Assembly: GCF_009914755.1 (NCBI RefSeq)
Contig: NC_060938.1
Reading direction: 5' to 3' (one strand)
DNA: 64,000 nucleotides
Origin: the human T2T-CHM13v2.0 reference genome, Homo sapiens
Positions 43,859 to 59,496 of this stretch are shown piece after piece (positions within the stretch are counted from its first letter, which is position 1; each line of letters begins with the position of its first letter). The notes under the pieces are model-generated. The model saw only the letters and a program-made list of their open reading frames with translations. It was not told the origin of the DNA and did not search any database. Made by a program: the position numbers and the translations under genes.

Positions 43859-44516
43859 ACAAATAGCCATCTACTCCCCAGATTAATTGTACTTATCTCC
43901 TGGAGGTACTACTGTTTTAATTAATTGAAGTTTTATATATGAATTATCTCCCTCTTTTCTACCCACATCACTCCCCTTTCCCAGATATTTCCCACTTACT
44001 TCTGCACATGCATAGGAAATGCTCATGAACAACAAAAATTCATTTTAGGGAACCATTGCCACCTGCGCCAGCTGACTCAACTCCAAACTCCTGCTGTTCC
44101 AGCACTGTAGGGAATCTTCACAGCCTCTTAGCACTAGCCTTTTCTAGGCTGCTTTTTCTCCCCAAACAATTTTCTGCAAGAAAGAACACATTTACCTTCA
44201 CAGTTCCTAGTAGTATTTACTGGTAGGATCCATGGGTTCCCAATATCACATAGAGTCTCTGTAGGGAGATTTCTGAGTAGGCAAGATAGGTGACAACTCA
44301 AGCTATACCAATTAAAGAATACTGAGATTTCTTTACATACAGAAATCACTCTCTCTTGTATGAGGTGGAATTTATACACTTAAAAGAAACCTTAGCATTC
44401 TGCATTAAAATATTTGGGTGACTTCAGTCATGTTTTCACTTACCAAAGAAAAATGAATGACTATAGTTAAGTGTGTCATTTTGGTTGCCTTCCAAGTTGT
44501 TCTGATGTCTTTACTG

Positions 44517-45656
<1,140 letters not shown>

Positions 45657-46171
45657 GCCACAATAATCTGCTAGCACCTTTAAAATGTAATTTAATTGTA
45701 AAGAGAGACAAAGAAAATAAACGAGTAAATGACATGATGAATGTAAAGTATCATTGTTTACAATGTGAGAATTAAAAATCCTTTATATGAAAGTGCTACA
45801 TAATCAGAAAAACACAATATAAATAATATTTACCACTAGCAATCTAACATACTAGGAAGAACATGGCTTTGGGAAATAGATGTCTCTCTCTCTCTTAAAA
45901 CTGCCTTTTGTTTACTTTCTATACGACTGTGAGAATATCGCTTACATTTCCTAAATTCAGTTTTATCATATACAATGAGAATAAATTAACTATATGCAGT
46001 TGTGCAATATAGTTGCACAAGCTCAGCAGCTGCAGGCGCCTGAGTACCTGGGATTACGGGTGCAGAATACTATGCCCTGCTAATAAATTTTCAAAATGAC
46101 ATAAAACATCTTTTTATGCAGGCTTCACCTCAGTTTTAGAAAGCAATGAGTATCTGGAATATTGCATATCT

Positions 46172-46203
46172 ACAAGTTAGAGAAGGCACAAGTTAGAGAA
46201 GGC
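46172..46203. repeat. Perfect 16-bp tandem duplication
   Basis: acaagttagagaaggc x2. Confidence 0.9.
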
Positions 46204-48689
46204 ATGATCATGACAAATTTTGTTTCCTCATCTATAAAATAAAGAAATTACTACTTATTTTGTGTTTACCTATCTTCAATAAATGATAATTATTATTTTT
46301 AAAATTATTTGTTTTGTGTAAGTAATTGGTGTCTTATCTGTAGCTAATTTATGTAAATAATATTTATGTAAATTTATTTCATGGTAAAAATACATGTGTG
46401 TGTGTATATATATACACACGCACATGTTGAGAACAAAAATTACAGGATACTATATTAAGAACTCAGAAACCCATTAGGACTATGCAAATTTAAATATCAA
46501 AGTATAATAAGTCAACATTTTCATAGTTGGCCATCTATTTTGTTTATATACCCGTTTTACACAGATCCTAACTCTCTAAGTTTGGTAGATTCCTGCAATG
46601 CACTTTGTGTATGTTGCAGTTGCTAAACACATCTTCCCGAAAATATTAATGAAAGGATAAATAAATTGATGCATGGGTGAATTTTAAGAATTTATTACAT
46701 TCAATGTACTTAGCCATATTACTAGTGACTGTTATAATCAAATCCCAAAATGTAATTGTTCCAGGTTATATATATATCATATTTTGAGGCCTGAATTTTA
46801 GAGGCTCAATAATAATATTATTAGTATGTATTTTAATGGAGAATGCAGTTAAAATGTTAGCATTTATAGTCTCTCTAGAAAAAAAGTTAGACAGAAAACC
46901 TAAAATATTTGAAATAAAACTATTAAAGGCATTTCAGTTTCTAAGCTATATTATAAAATATCCTTCACAATACTGCAGCCGTTTAACACATCCTGCAAAA
47001 ACTCATCAATATCAACAGACATTAACATTTGTCCCCAGACATTAGTTGAGACAAAGGGGCAGTAATTGAATTAATAGCATTCTACTGAATGATGGCAAAG
47101 TAGCTATGGAGGAGCCCAATAGCTTTCCTTTAACTCAACATATAAATTGCTACCATATTGGTTTCTGCAGAGAATAGGCTTTAGTCTCAGTTGGTTGTAA
47201 AAATCTAAATTTGCTTTTATATTCCATCCTGGTTCCCAAATAAGTACTGATACTCTTGAGCATATGTTATGTAATAGCCGTGACAGAAAGATGGATGTAG
47301 TAATGGAAAATCATTTTTCACTTTGTGTGTAATAGACTCTTCTTTGAACAGAATTTGCTTCAAATAACATATAATAAAGAGATACGTAAATATTATCTAA
47401 ATGCATCACTATTTGCCGAGTTACAGTTCCACTCAAATATTTAACAAAAACCTGTCTGTGTTGCTTACATTTAACTATTTGGAGAAATAGACAGATCGTG
47501 CTTGAAATGGCTTTACTTAACTAGATTAAAAACATAGATAGTATGTTTTATATTTATGAATTTTTAAATTATTAATTCCAGAAAAGCATGAAAGCCATTC
47601 TGACTTTCCATTTACATTGAATTTTTAAAAGTGGTTATGTGTTAATATAATAAATATGTCAAGGATCAGTTTGTGAACTTGTAGGAAATGAAAACTATGC
47701 TTCTTTACATGAGATCTTACCTCGTATTTTTAAATAAACTTTGAAATCTTCATCTTGTCCAAATAACTTGGGAAAAATCATTAATCACAATTTATATGAT
47801 TTTTTTTTCATTACTTAGAGGTCTCACACAGAAAATAGACTTTAGGGAGTAGTCCAGATTTTATTGTACACTTACTCTTACTTTCTAAATTACCGTATCT
47901 GTATATATGTTGCCTGATGATAAAAAGTAAATCAAGCTATGAAATAGGAAATATAATTTAAGTTGCAATAGGGTCACCTCTTTGAACATATATGACAAAG
48001 TTAAGAAGATTTATGTTCCTAAAATATGATTAAGTTTTGATTAACTACAGATAAAGTGCCCTTTTATATATTATTCTTCCTTTGGAGCAAATATTTAGAA
48101 ACATAATGAAAAATCACTATTTCCTTTTTTAAAAAAAATTAATCACCTACTCACAATTACTAAAAAGTGGCAAGAATAGCATGAAGAATTTCCGTATACC
48201 CTTTACCCGGATTCCCAAATACTCACAAATACCACATTTTCTTTCCTCATCTTCTCCTTGTCTTCCTTCTTTCTATTTTTCTCTCTTTCTATATATGTGT
48301 ATTTATATTGTTATATATAAAATTATATATTACATGTTTAAATTGTATACATAACTGATATGCTATATATTTATATTATGATAGATATGTGGACATATAG
48401 ATCTCCACCTTGATCTGGAATTACTTTTATGAGAGGATTTTGATTTTGAATTCAGTTTCCTTAACAAATGTGATATTGTTTATATTTTCTATGTATCTTC
48501 TTGTCTATACATTTTCTTCTATTAGTAGTTTGGTAATTTGCATTTTTTCAATGAATTTGTCCATTTCATCTAAGTTATTGTGTATATGTATTGGCATGAC
48601 AGGGGATTTTGTATTTTTTTATTCTTCTCATTGGCAATTTTTGGTTTCTCTCATTTTTTCTTAATTATCTTGCAGGGATCAATTTTTCC

Positions 48690-48998
48690 TTTTTTTTTTT
48701 TTTTTTTTTTTTTTAACAGAGTCTCACTCTGTTGCCCAGGCTGGAGTGCAGTGGCAAGATCTAATGTCAGCTCACTGCAAGCTCTGCCTCCTGGGTTCGC
48801 GTCAGTCTCCTGCCTCAGAATCCCCAGTAGCTGGGACTACAGGCACCCACCATCACGCCGGGATAATTTTTTGTATTTTTAGTAGAGATGGGGTTTCACC
48901 GTATTAGCCAGGATGGTCTCGATCTCCTGACCTCGTGATCTGCCCGCCTTGGCCTCCCAAAGTGCTGGGATTACAGGTGTGAGCCACCGCGCCCGGCC
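48690..48998 (-). mobile_element. AluY
   Basis: Poly-T tail, ttagccaggatggtctcgatctcctgacctcgtgatc, ends gcgcccggcc. Confidence 0.93.
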
Positions 48999-51596
48999 CT
49001 CAATCTTTTCTAAAAAACAGCTTTTGACTTTATGTATTATTTCTATTTTTTGATCTGATTTCTATTTTATAAATTTCTGCTCATTTTAATAGTCTCATTT
49101 CTTCTATTTACTCTCTTTTGTATTTATTTTCTAGCTTCTTAGGTATCAAGCTTAGATAACTGATTTTAAACCATGTTTTCTTTCTAATAATATATTTAGT
49201 CTGAATCACCATAACAATTCAAATACACTATTTTTTATACCATAAATTGTTATACTTTAATTTCAATTAAATTAATTTCATTTAATTAATTACTTTAATT
49301 TTAATTTCATTTCAATTTAATAGTCTTGCTAAAGTTCCATGAGAATCTGGAAAGAATGTGTATTCTCTATTTATTGAAGTTGCATTTTATAATTATAAAT
49401 TAGGTCAGGTTGGTTGATAGTGCTGTGTAAATCTTTTATAGCTACTGCTCTCTCTTTTTTGTCAGCTTATTATATCAATTAATAGTGAAAGAGAAGAGTT
49501 CGTATCTCCAATTGTAACTGTGGATTTAAAAAAAATTCCCTTTTTCCTATCGTGTCATTTCATGTGTTTTGAAGATCTTCTGCTGAGTCCATGTGCATTC
49601 AGTGTTTTCGTGGTTTCTTGATGAATTGATCCTTTTTCTCTATAAAATGCCCATATTTATCTCTCATATACTGTTTGCCTTTTTCTAATTTATAGCCACA
49701 TCAACTTTTTATGTTCAGTGTTTTAATGACATATCTTTTTCAGCCTTTTACTTTTAGTTGTTCATATCTTTATTTTCAACGTGTATTTTTCTAAATGCTT
49801 CATGGATGGCCTGGTTATTTTAGGCAGGATAAAAACCTTTGCCTTTAACTCTTACATCCCATTCGTGTTTGAAGTTTTTGCTGTAGTTTAGGATTAAGTC
49901 TACTACCTTGGCAGTGATTTTCTATTTTCCCAGTGGGTTCATTATTTCTCTTTTCCTTCTATACTGGTGAACTGCTGTTGTTATATCTTGCACAGAATAT
50001 CTGAGATAAATTTTTCTTAGATTTTGCCTAGCTGTGAATACCTTTTTATGCATTTTGAAGAATACTTTTATTAGATATAAAATTCTAGAGTATAGGATTT
50101 TTTCTTTTCTTTATAAATTTTAAATATATTATTTCATTTTCTTTTGACCTTAATTATGATGAGAATTCAGTTGTAAATTATAGTTATTCTCCATATATGC
50201 AATATCTTTTTCTCTGCCTCTTTTAATAAATCTTTATCTTTATATTTAGTTTTCAGCCATTTGTTCTTTTGTGTCTAGGTGTTTATCTGCTGCATTGGTC
50301 TTTTTATATTATCAATATCATCAACTCTGGAATCTTTTCAGATATTTTTACTTCTACTATTTATTCTGCCCCATTCTCCCTTTCTTTCTGAGAGGGATTA
50401 AAATTATGATAATATTAATCATTCAAATACTTTTCCCTCAGATCTAATACTTTTTGTTCTGTTCTTTCAGGCTTTTAAAATCTGAATTTAGTTTTTTTCT
50501 ATTGATTTGTCTTCAATTACATTTATACTTTCTTCTGCTGTGCCCAATCTTCTGTTACAAAGATATTGTTATATTTTAGATCATATACATTTAAAAATTG
50601 TTTTTCACATCTCTGCTAAAATTACCCATCAAATCATGCATGATGTCCATCTTTTCCTGCAGATACGTTAGAATTTTTATTATAGTAATTTTATGCTCCC
50701 TGTGGTAATTGTAATATCTGGGGTGTCTCTGGATCTGCTTCTATTAATCACTTCCTTTTTAATGTTCATCACTTTTTCTTGCTTCTTCAAGTTTTTATGT
50801 GAATTCTTACATGTTTGGGAATTTCCTATTTAGTAAGACCTGAGATCTGTGCCCTGTGGTGGTTTTGGAGCTCTATTTCTATTTTACAGATGAATCTTTT
50901 GATTTCCAAATTTCTGGAGGTCTCACCACCCTGCTTTACAGCTCTGGGGCCAGATTTGTTGGTGGCCTAGGAGAATTTATTGATCTCAAATCTCACCCCT
51001 AGCATTTTTTTTTCTTTTGGCTGCACCTACCCCATAGTCTACGAAGGTGGAAATATCCTCTAGGAAGCTCTAGGAAGGATTTTTCAGCTGCCAAATGTCA
51101 CCCTACGCATTTTGTGGTTAAAATCACAGGTATCTGTATGGAAATGAAGGGGACTGAGCTCTCCCTCCCCTCTGTCAGTCCTGATAACTGAAATCCCTGA
51201 GGGACTGTATTTTTCTTCTAGTTCCTCTGCATCTTTCCCATTCTTTCCAAGCTGAAAAGCAAGGTTGCCTGAAGTATTTCTTTCAATTTTCCTTTCCTTC
51301 CTCAATTTTTTTCTCGTCTGAAAATAAGGTGTATCTGAGAGAAGTGATCTCTACCCTCTTTCTATTCCCATATTTTTAAGATAATATTCCTGTTACTCAA
51401 TGAAGGTATGAGAATGACATAGGTGTTAATATTTTCTCACTGCTGCTATTGGGGCTCTTGTGGATTCTATTTTGTTATGTTGAACCACAAATGCATTCTT
51501 AGAAGTTTGGTAAAATATAGGCAGGATTCGTTTTATCCCAAGTTATGTCAGATAGATACGATGTCCTAGTTTCTTTTTTGTTGGTGGGGGAAGTAG

Positions 51597-51925
<329 letters not shown>

Positions 51926-53208
51926 ATTTCCCCCCTTTTATCAAGGACTGCCACCTCTGGAAGTTAGATTCTTTAAGTTTCTTTGTATTCCAAAGATTAT
52001 AATGTTACTATTTTTAAAAATATGATTTATAGCTTATCCAGCTTATTTTGTTTGTTTAGGGTGACAGTGATGGTTTCTTATTACTTTCTATATTTATTCC
52101 AGAAATACTATTTATAAACACATTAAAATGCAATAAAAATATTGCATACATATCTACAGATGTATCATTTCTGTTGTTCTTTAGCCATTTATAAAGTTTC
52201 AAGTTTCTTCCATCATATATAATTTTCCTTCAGCCTAAAGACACTATCCTTTACATTTTCATATAAGTGCAGGTTTGCTGGTGAAGAAACTGTTTCTCTT
52301 AAAATTTCTTACCTTGTTTTCATCTTTTATAAAAGTATAATCCTGCCTAGGTTGCTAGGTTTTCCTTTCTTCATGGAGCACTTTAAAGATGTTTTTCATT
52401 ATCTTCCATCTCACTTTATTTACGATGAGAAGTCAGTGAGGAGTCAGCAGTTACTTTTATTTTGTTTACCTTACCTTATTGTAATCCGTCTTATTTCTAT
52501 GCCTACATTTAAGATTATTTTTCCTTTGGTTAGCTGCAATTTGACGATGATGTGTCTTGGTATGGTTTCATTGTGTTGAGCTTGGATTTATAGATTTTTT
52601 TTAATAACATTCAACAAATTGTTTGCTTTTAGTTCTTTAAATATATTTCTGCCTAACAGCATTCTTCTGATATTGCAATTACGTATATGTTTGACTTCTT
52701 AACACCATTCCACAGGTCATTGGATTTTTGTTCCCTTTCCTTTCATCCCTTTTTATCAGTATTACAGCATGGTTTGTACCTATTACCCTGCCTCCACTTA
52801 CATAGTTTACCAGAGCTCTTTTTCAATAACTCTCTTTTTGCTAGTACACTGCCCCACAAATTCAAGCCACCTGAGACTCTGCTCTCCAATCTTTGTCTTT
52901 TCAGTTTAACAAGACTGTTCATACTTTGCCTTGTTTCCCCTTCTTGTGCTGTGATTTGGAAGATGTCTCCAGGGGTAATTGTAGAATTAATTTTTAACTC
53001 ACTATCTCAAGGATCACAGTTCTGTATTTATTCACTTCCAATGTCCAAAACTTGTTGTTTTATATATTTTTGTAATTTTATTTGTTAATGCTTATTTTGG
53101 AAAGGCTAGTTTAATACCAGTTAGTAATGAACAGAAGATTCTATCTTTATTTGTTGATAATGATCATTTTTATTAACTAGATCAACATTTCATATGGCAT
53201 CAAATAGG

Positions 53209-53683
53209 TGTTGTGCTGGACACCTCTTAACCTCAGTAGGGAAGGATCCAGGTTCAAGAGGCGGAAGAAGAGACCCAGAGCCAGCAAGTGAGATACGGGG
53301 TTTGATTAGGGGATAACACACAGGGAAGAGTCCAGTGGTCGCAGGCTGGACTGCTTATCTGCCTTATGCACAGTCCAGTGGCAGCAAGCTGGTAAGGAAA
53401 ACCACAACTGCTTGAAACTTACATAGCATTTAACACCCTCCCCTTAACGATCTCCACCTGGCAGCCTCCATTTAACCCAAAATTCAGGGCATCAATCCCC
53501 TGTACAGCCCATGTTCCATTGGACAGGTTGGGGGCTCAGATGTTTCTCATAGACAAGGAATGAATCTCCGGATTGGCCACTCCTGGATTCCCTAGCTCAG
53601 GACACACATTCAGGTGCATCATCAATCTGGGGTCATTCTAAATATATGTTTAAGTTATTGCTATCAGGGGCTTTTACCCTACA
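53209..53683 (-). mobile_element. ERVL solo LTR (LTR32/LTR47-like)
   Basis: TG...CA ends with TSD atagg/aaagg. The reverse complement begins tgtagggtaaaagcccctgatagcaataacttaa. Confidence 0.75.
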
Positions 53684-53836
53684 AAAGGCATTAAATAATT
53701 AAAAGTCATAAAATATGCTTTAATTAGAAAACTAGGCATGACATTTCCAGGATGATTTCATATTTATATTAAATTGAAAATATGTATGATTTTCTGCAGC
53801 TATTTTCACTCATGGTTTTTAAAACTTCATGCAATG

Positions 53837-54123
53837 GGCTGAGTAAGGTAGCTCATGCCTGTACTTGCAGCACTTTGGGAGACTGAGTCAAGAGGATTGC
53901 TGAGTCCAGGAGTTTGAGCCCTGTCTCTACAAAAAAAAAAAAATTACCCTAGGGTGGTGGCACTTATCTGTAGTCCCATCTACTCAGAAGGCTGAAGAGG
54001 AAGGATCATTTGAGCTGAGGAGGTCGAGACTGCAGTGAGCCGTGATCACACCACTGCACTGCACAGCTTGGGTGACAGAGAAAAACTTTGTCTAAAAAAA
54101 AAAAAAGAAAGAAAGAAAAAAAG
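53837..54123 (+). mobile_element. AluJ with internal deletion
   Basis: gaggtcgagactgcagtgagccgtgatc. TSD aaaacttcatgcaa / aaaacctgatgcaa. Confidence 0.85.
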
Positions 54124-54501
54124 AAAACCTGATGCAACATATGAGAGCTTTTAATCAAATATATGCTATTATTTTTATTTTTGAGAATTGATTTCAATAG
54201 CATATACTCAAGATCAAACAGAAAAATGAAAATTGTCAAAGTGTTTATTTAAAATAAAATTTGGATAAATATACATTCGTTAAGATTGTAAAAGAAGGAA
54301 AACAGAATATAATATCTTGTTGAACATACTGTTAAGTGAAAGCACTGACGGCTGCTTCCCAGAAATTATCTTTAAAAATCCACATTTTTAACCAATAAAA
54401 TATTTTAATATTTAGGGAACTCGGAGCTATTGTGATAAACATTCAACCTTGTTATTTTTTGAGAATAAGATTTTTGTATTTTCAGTTAAGATGTGAAGAT
54501 T

Positions 54502-54808
54502 GGCCGGGCACAGTGGCTCATGCCTGTAATCTCAGCACTTTGGGAGGCTGAAGCGGGCGGATCACCTGAGGTCAGGAGTTCGAAACCAGCCAGCCCAACA
54601 TGACAAACCCTGTCTCTACTAAAAATACAAAAATTAGCTGGGCGTGGTGTTGGGCGCCTGTAATCCTAGCTACTCAGGGAGGCCAAATGGTCATCAGTAA
54701 TCGCTTGAACCTGGGAGGTGGAAGTTACGGTGAGCCAAGATCACGCCACTGCACTGCAGCCTGGGCAACAAAGCAAGGCTCGTCTCAAAAAAAAAAAAAA
54801 AAAAAAAA
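54502..54808 (+). mobile_element. AluS (Sx/Sz-like)
   Basis: ggccgggcacagtggctca...cacctgaggtcaggagttcg...A tail. Confidence 0.92.
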
Positions 54809-55340
54809 TAGTGAAGGTTGATCTATGTCAAGATAGTTTGTAAAGAAGAAAAAAATTAATCAAGAATTTGTTATCTTCAAAGGTCATGCTGCAAGCTAAC
54901 AAATATTGTTTTTTATTGTTTCTGTTTAGGCTACTGAATTGACCTACTTACAAATCTTCAAATATGCCTCTAATTTTTTAAATATCTTTATGTAACAAGA
55001 TGTCCTTCAGGGTCTAGGGTATGTTTTCCTGAACCCCCAGGCCTACAATCTCGGCTGTATATCTCTTTTGGTTCACCCATGGAGTACCCTGGACATACTT
55101 AAAAAATGGCGCTTAATTTGCAGAGTTATAATAAACTTTTGACTGCTTTGTTTTTCCTACTTGATTTTAAATCCCATGAAACTATCAATGGTATGTTATT
55201 CCTCCCTAGTGCCCATTATAGCCTTTACTACAGAATAAATATTAATACTTGTTAAGCAAACAAGTGAAATTATTTCTCTATTCTAGATTGCATACAAATA
55301 TTATTCTAGTAGGAATATGAATATGAATTAAATCATTGGA

Positions 55341-55393
55341 TGCTAACATTCTATTTTGTGTCTTCCGTTACAGGCTCTTAAACCTGATCTACA
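55341..55393 (+). promoter_or_regulatory. LRFN5: Branch point, polypyrimidine tract and 3' splice site of the first coding exon, plus 20 nt of 5'UTR (55374-55393)
   Basis: tgCTAAC at 55341-47 matches the branch consensus, followed by a pyrimidine-rich tract and CAG at 55371-73. Confidence 0.88.
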
Positions 55394-56778
55394 ATGGAAA
55401 AAATTCTTTTTTATCTGTTTCTCATTGGCATAGCAGTGAAAGCTCAGATCTGTCCAAAGCGTTGTGTCTGTCAGATTTTGTCTCCTAATCTTGCAACCCT
55501 TTGTGCCAAGAAAGGGCTTTTATTTGTTCCACCAAACATTGACAGAAGAACTGTGGAACTGCGGTTGGCAGACAATTTTGTTACAAATATTAAAAGGAAA
55601 GATTTTGCCAATATGACCAGCTTGGTGGACCTGACTCTATCCAGGAATACAATAAGTTTTATTACACCTCATGCTTTCGCTGACCTACGAAATTTGAGGG
55701 CTTTGCATTTGAATAGCAACAGATTGACTAAAATTACAAATGATATGTTCAGTGGTCTTTCCAATCTTCATCATTTGATACTGAACAACAATCAGCTGAC
55801 TTTAATTTCCTCTACAGCGTTTGATGATGTCTTCGCCCTTGAGGAGCTGGATCTGTCCTATAATAATCTAGAAACCATTCCTTGGGATGCTGTTGAGAAG
55901 ATGGTTAGCTTGCATACCCTTAGTTTGGATCACAATATGATTGATAACATTCCTAAGGGGACCTTCTCCCATTTGCACAAGATGACTCGGTTAGATGTGA
56001 CATCAAATAAATTGCAGAAGCTACCACCTGACCCTCTCTTTCAGCGAGCTCAGGTACTAGCAACCTCAGGAATCATAAGCCCATCTACTTTTGCATTAAG
56101 TTTTGGTGGAAACCCCTTGCATTGCAATTGTGAATTGTTGTGGTTGAGGCGTCTGTCCAGAGAAGATGACTTAGAGACCTGTGCTTCTCCTCCACTTTTA
56201 ACTGGCCGCTACTTTTGGTCAATTCCTGAAGAAGAGTTTTTGTGTGAGCCTCCTCTCATTACTCGTCATACACATGAGATGAGAGTCCTGGAGGGACAAA
56301 GGGCAACACTGAGGTGCAAAGCCAGGGGAGACCCTGAGCCTGCAATTCACTGGATTTCTCCTGAAGGGAAGCTTATTTCAAATGCAACAAGATCTCTGGT
56401 GTATGATAACGGAACACTTGACATTCTTATCACAACTGTAAAGGATACAGGTGCTTTTACCTGCATTGCTTCCAATCCTGCTGGGGAAGCAACACAAATA
56501 GTGGATCTTCATATAATTAAGCTCCCTCACTTACTAAATAGTACAAACCATATCCATGAGCCTGATCCTGGTTCTTCAGATATCTCAACTTCTACCAAGT
56601 CAGGTTCTAATACAAGCAGTAGTAATGGTGATACTAAATTGAGTCAAGATAAAATTGTGGTGGCAGAAGCTACATCATCAACGGCACTACTTAAATTTAA
56701 TTTTCAAAGAAATATCCCTGGAATACGTATGTTTCAAATCCAGTACAATGGTACTTATGATGACACCCTTGTTTACAG
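55394..56778 (+). CDS. LRFN5: LRFN5/SALM5 first coding exon: signal peptide, LRRNT, LRR array, LRRCT, Ig-like domain, N-terminal half of FN3
   Basis: Protein begins [26 protein letters not shown] (signal peptide + LRRNT), then LxxLxLxxNxL repeats, NPLHCNC LRRCT, Ig CKARGDPEP...FTC. Strong Kozak acaATGG. In-frame upstream stops TAA 55379-81 and TGA 55385-87. Ends at donor AG|GTAAG (56778/56779), phase 2, 1385 coding nt. Confidence 0.98.
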
Positions 56779-57019
56779 GTAAGAAAAATTGAGCAAATTT
56801 GTATACTTACCATGCATCTTAGTGTAGAATTTGTTAATGTACTACTGATTTTTTTTAATTGGCAGTGCTGTTCTGTGTTGTAATTCCATATTTTAAAGTG
56901 CATAGTGTAAGCTTTGAAAAAGGTGGTAATACAAGTGGGGAGATATTTTGAATGGTATTTTTTTAGAGAGTTCAATTTATATTTAATATTATGCTTACTT
57001 ACTTTTTTCCCCCTCATCT

Positions 57020-57614
57020 AAGAGATGTGACTATCAGAGAACAACACTGATTTATTATAAAAATTCAAAAACATACCAGAACTTACACACACATGAGTGT
57101 TCTTTCCTTCAAGGAAGCCACGTTGGGAGGCTATACCATTATCCCAATGATGCTGCCATTGCTCAAAGCACTTTTGGAATTATCTTTAGAACCTTCGTCA
57201 TACTATTTTGAATATCCTCAGTGGTGGCAAATCTTCGTCTTTTGAGGGTGAATTTGAATTTTGGAAACAAGCAAAAGCCATTTGGAGTCAAGTCTTGTGA
57301 ATAAGGTGGGTGATCAAGATGGGTATTGCCATTTTTGGTCAAAAATAGGATGTAACTATAAAATAATGAGACTGATTCTTTGAGTGATTAAGGGGTATGT
57401 GTGCGTGTGTCTGTGTGGTTGTGTTGTCTCATGTGTACTGGTTCTAAGACAGTTCCAAAAAGAAACCTTATAAATAATTTGAGCAGTGAAAGTATCACTG
57501 GAATTAGGTATGTAATATCCAAGTAAGGATGATGATGGAGAATTTGCATCTACTAAACAATTTCTGGTATGTTTTTCTAAAGTTCAGCCTCATTGATTTA
57601 TAGTCACATCTTAT
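57020..57614. mobile_element. MARNA-like ancient mariner DNA transposon relic
   Basis: cccaatgatgctgccattgctcaaa...ggtggcaaatcttc...ttttggaaaca...gaataaggtgggtgatcaag. TIR-like ends agatgtgactat / atagtcacatct. Confidence 0.72.
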
Positions 57615-57719
57615 CCAATTTTCAGTTAAAAAGACATATTTTTACGCTTTCATATAATTTCACTTTGTGAGAGGCTTACTATGCCCTAGGAAATGATGCA
57701 AAACCATGGCTTTGCATTT

Positions 57720-57905
57720 TATATATATATATACACATATGTGTGTATGTATATGTGTGTATGTATACACATATATATATATGTGTGTGTATATATACAC
57801 ATGTATATATACATGTGTGTATATATATACACACATATAGATATTTCAAAGCCATATATATATATGTCTATATATATATGTCTCTCTCTCTATATATATA
57901 TATAT
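57720..57905. repeat. (TA)n/(TATG)n compound microsatellite
   Basis: Direct inspection. Confidence 0.9.
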
Positions 57906-58339
57906 TCTGTTTAAGATATTCAGAAATCAGATCAGATCAGTTCCTATGTACCCAGGTGAATTATTCAATATAATTGATTTTCATTCCTGTATGGAAATGA
58001 GAGTAATTTTTTTTTAAAGCATGGACTAATAGGCAAAATTAAACCTATCCTATCTAGCCATGTGATCAGCTCAGAGCAGTATTCTATATGGCTGAGTTTC
58101 AATTCCTCGTCATTACAAGGGAGAAATTAGACTAAAGGTCTCTAATATCCCTTCATCACTAAATATATGGGGACATGGACTATGATACATCTATATTAAC
58201 TTAAAGTAATTTGCTCTTGTCATACCAGGCTCTTCACATAACTCATGGACTACTGTCAATGACAAATACCCCTCCCCACCCCACACTTTTTTGTAGCTAT
58301 TGGATATTCTATATATTTTAAACATTAGCTCTGTGAAAT

Positions 58340-58530
58340 AAGCCAGATTTTATTTTCCAAATTCCAGGATCTTAATCCTGCAATGACAAGTAAAATTCTG
58401 TTTAATCTTGAGGAAATTTCTTGAATCCCTGACCCTTTTTGTCATTTGTAAAATAGTGATAATGCCTGTCTCATAAGGTCATTGTAAAGATTAAATTTTA
58501 ATGTATACAAAATGTTTAGTAATGCCTGTT
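58340..58530 (+). mobile_element. MIR fragment
   Basis: tcatttgtaaaatagtgataatgcctgtctcataaggtcattgtaaagattaaa core. Confidence 0.6.
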
Positions 58531-58641
58531 ATTTAATTATAAATTAGGTCATATTCAGTTGCAACTGAAGGAACAGAAGAAAATAGATATCAACAAGGAA
58601 CTTTTAGAATGTAGTAGATTCAGAGATGTCTATAAACTCTT

Positions 58642-58929
<288 letters not shown>

Positions 58930-59199
58930 AGTGAAAGTATCACTGGAATTAGGTGATATTAGATTTAGGCACTGTCTAAACTCTTGCACTTTATAAATTG
59001 TGCTCTGATGGAAATTTGCGGTAGCATACAACGGGATGAGGGATTTATGCTCTGGTCAATAGCCTTGCCTTGTTCATGTTTCTAGGATAATATTACTTGT
59101 ATATTTTCATTATCCTCATGTATAGATAAAAACATAACGCAGTCCAAGTGTTGACTGCATTAAAAAAGGATTATATTTGTAAAGAAAATACTTTAATCA

Positions 59200-59496
59200 G
59201 GCCGGGCGCGGTGGCTCACGCCTGTAATCCCAGCACTTTGGGAGGCAGAGGCGGGCGGATCATGAGGTCAGGAGATCGAGACCATCCTGGCTAACACAGT
59301 GAAACCCCGCCTCTACTAAAAATACAAAAAATTAGCCGGGCGTGGTGGCGGGCGCCTGTAGTCCCAGCTACTCGGCAGGCTGAGGCAGGAGAATGGCGTG
59401 AACCCGGGAGGCGGAGCTTTCATTGAGCCGAGATTGCGCCACTGCACTCCAGCCTGGGCGACAGAGCGAGACTCCGTCTCAAAAAAAAAAAAAAAA
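59200..59496 (+). mobile_element. Young AluY (Yh3-lineage-like)
   Basis: ggcagaggcggg, gatcatgagg and aacacagtgaaaccccgcctct variants. CpGs largely intact. TSD aaaatactttaatc at 59185-98 and 59493-506. Confidence 0.88.
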
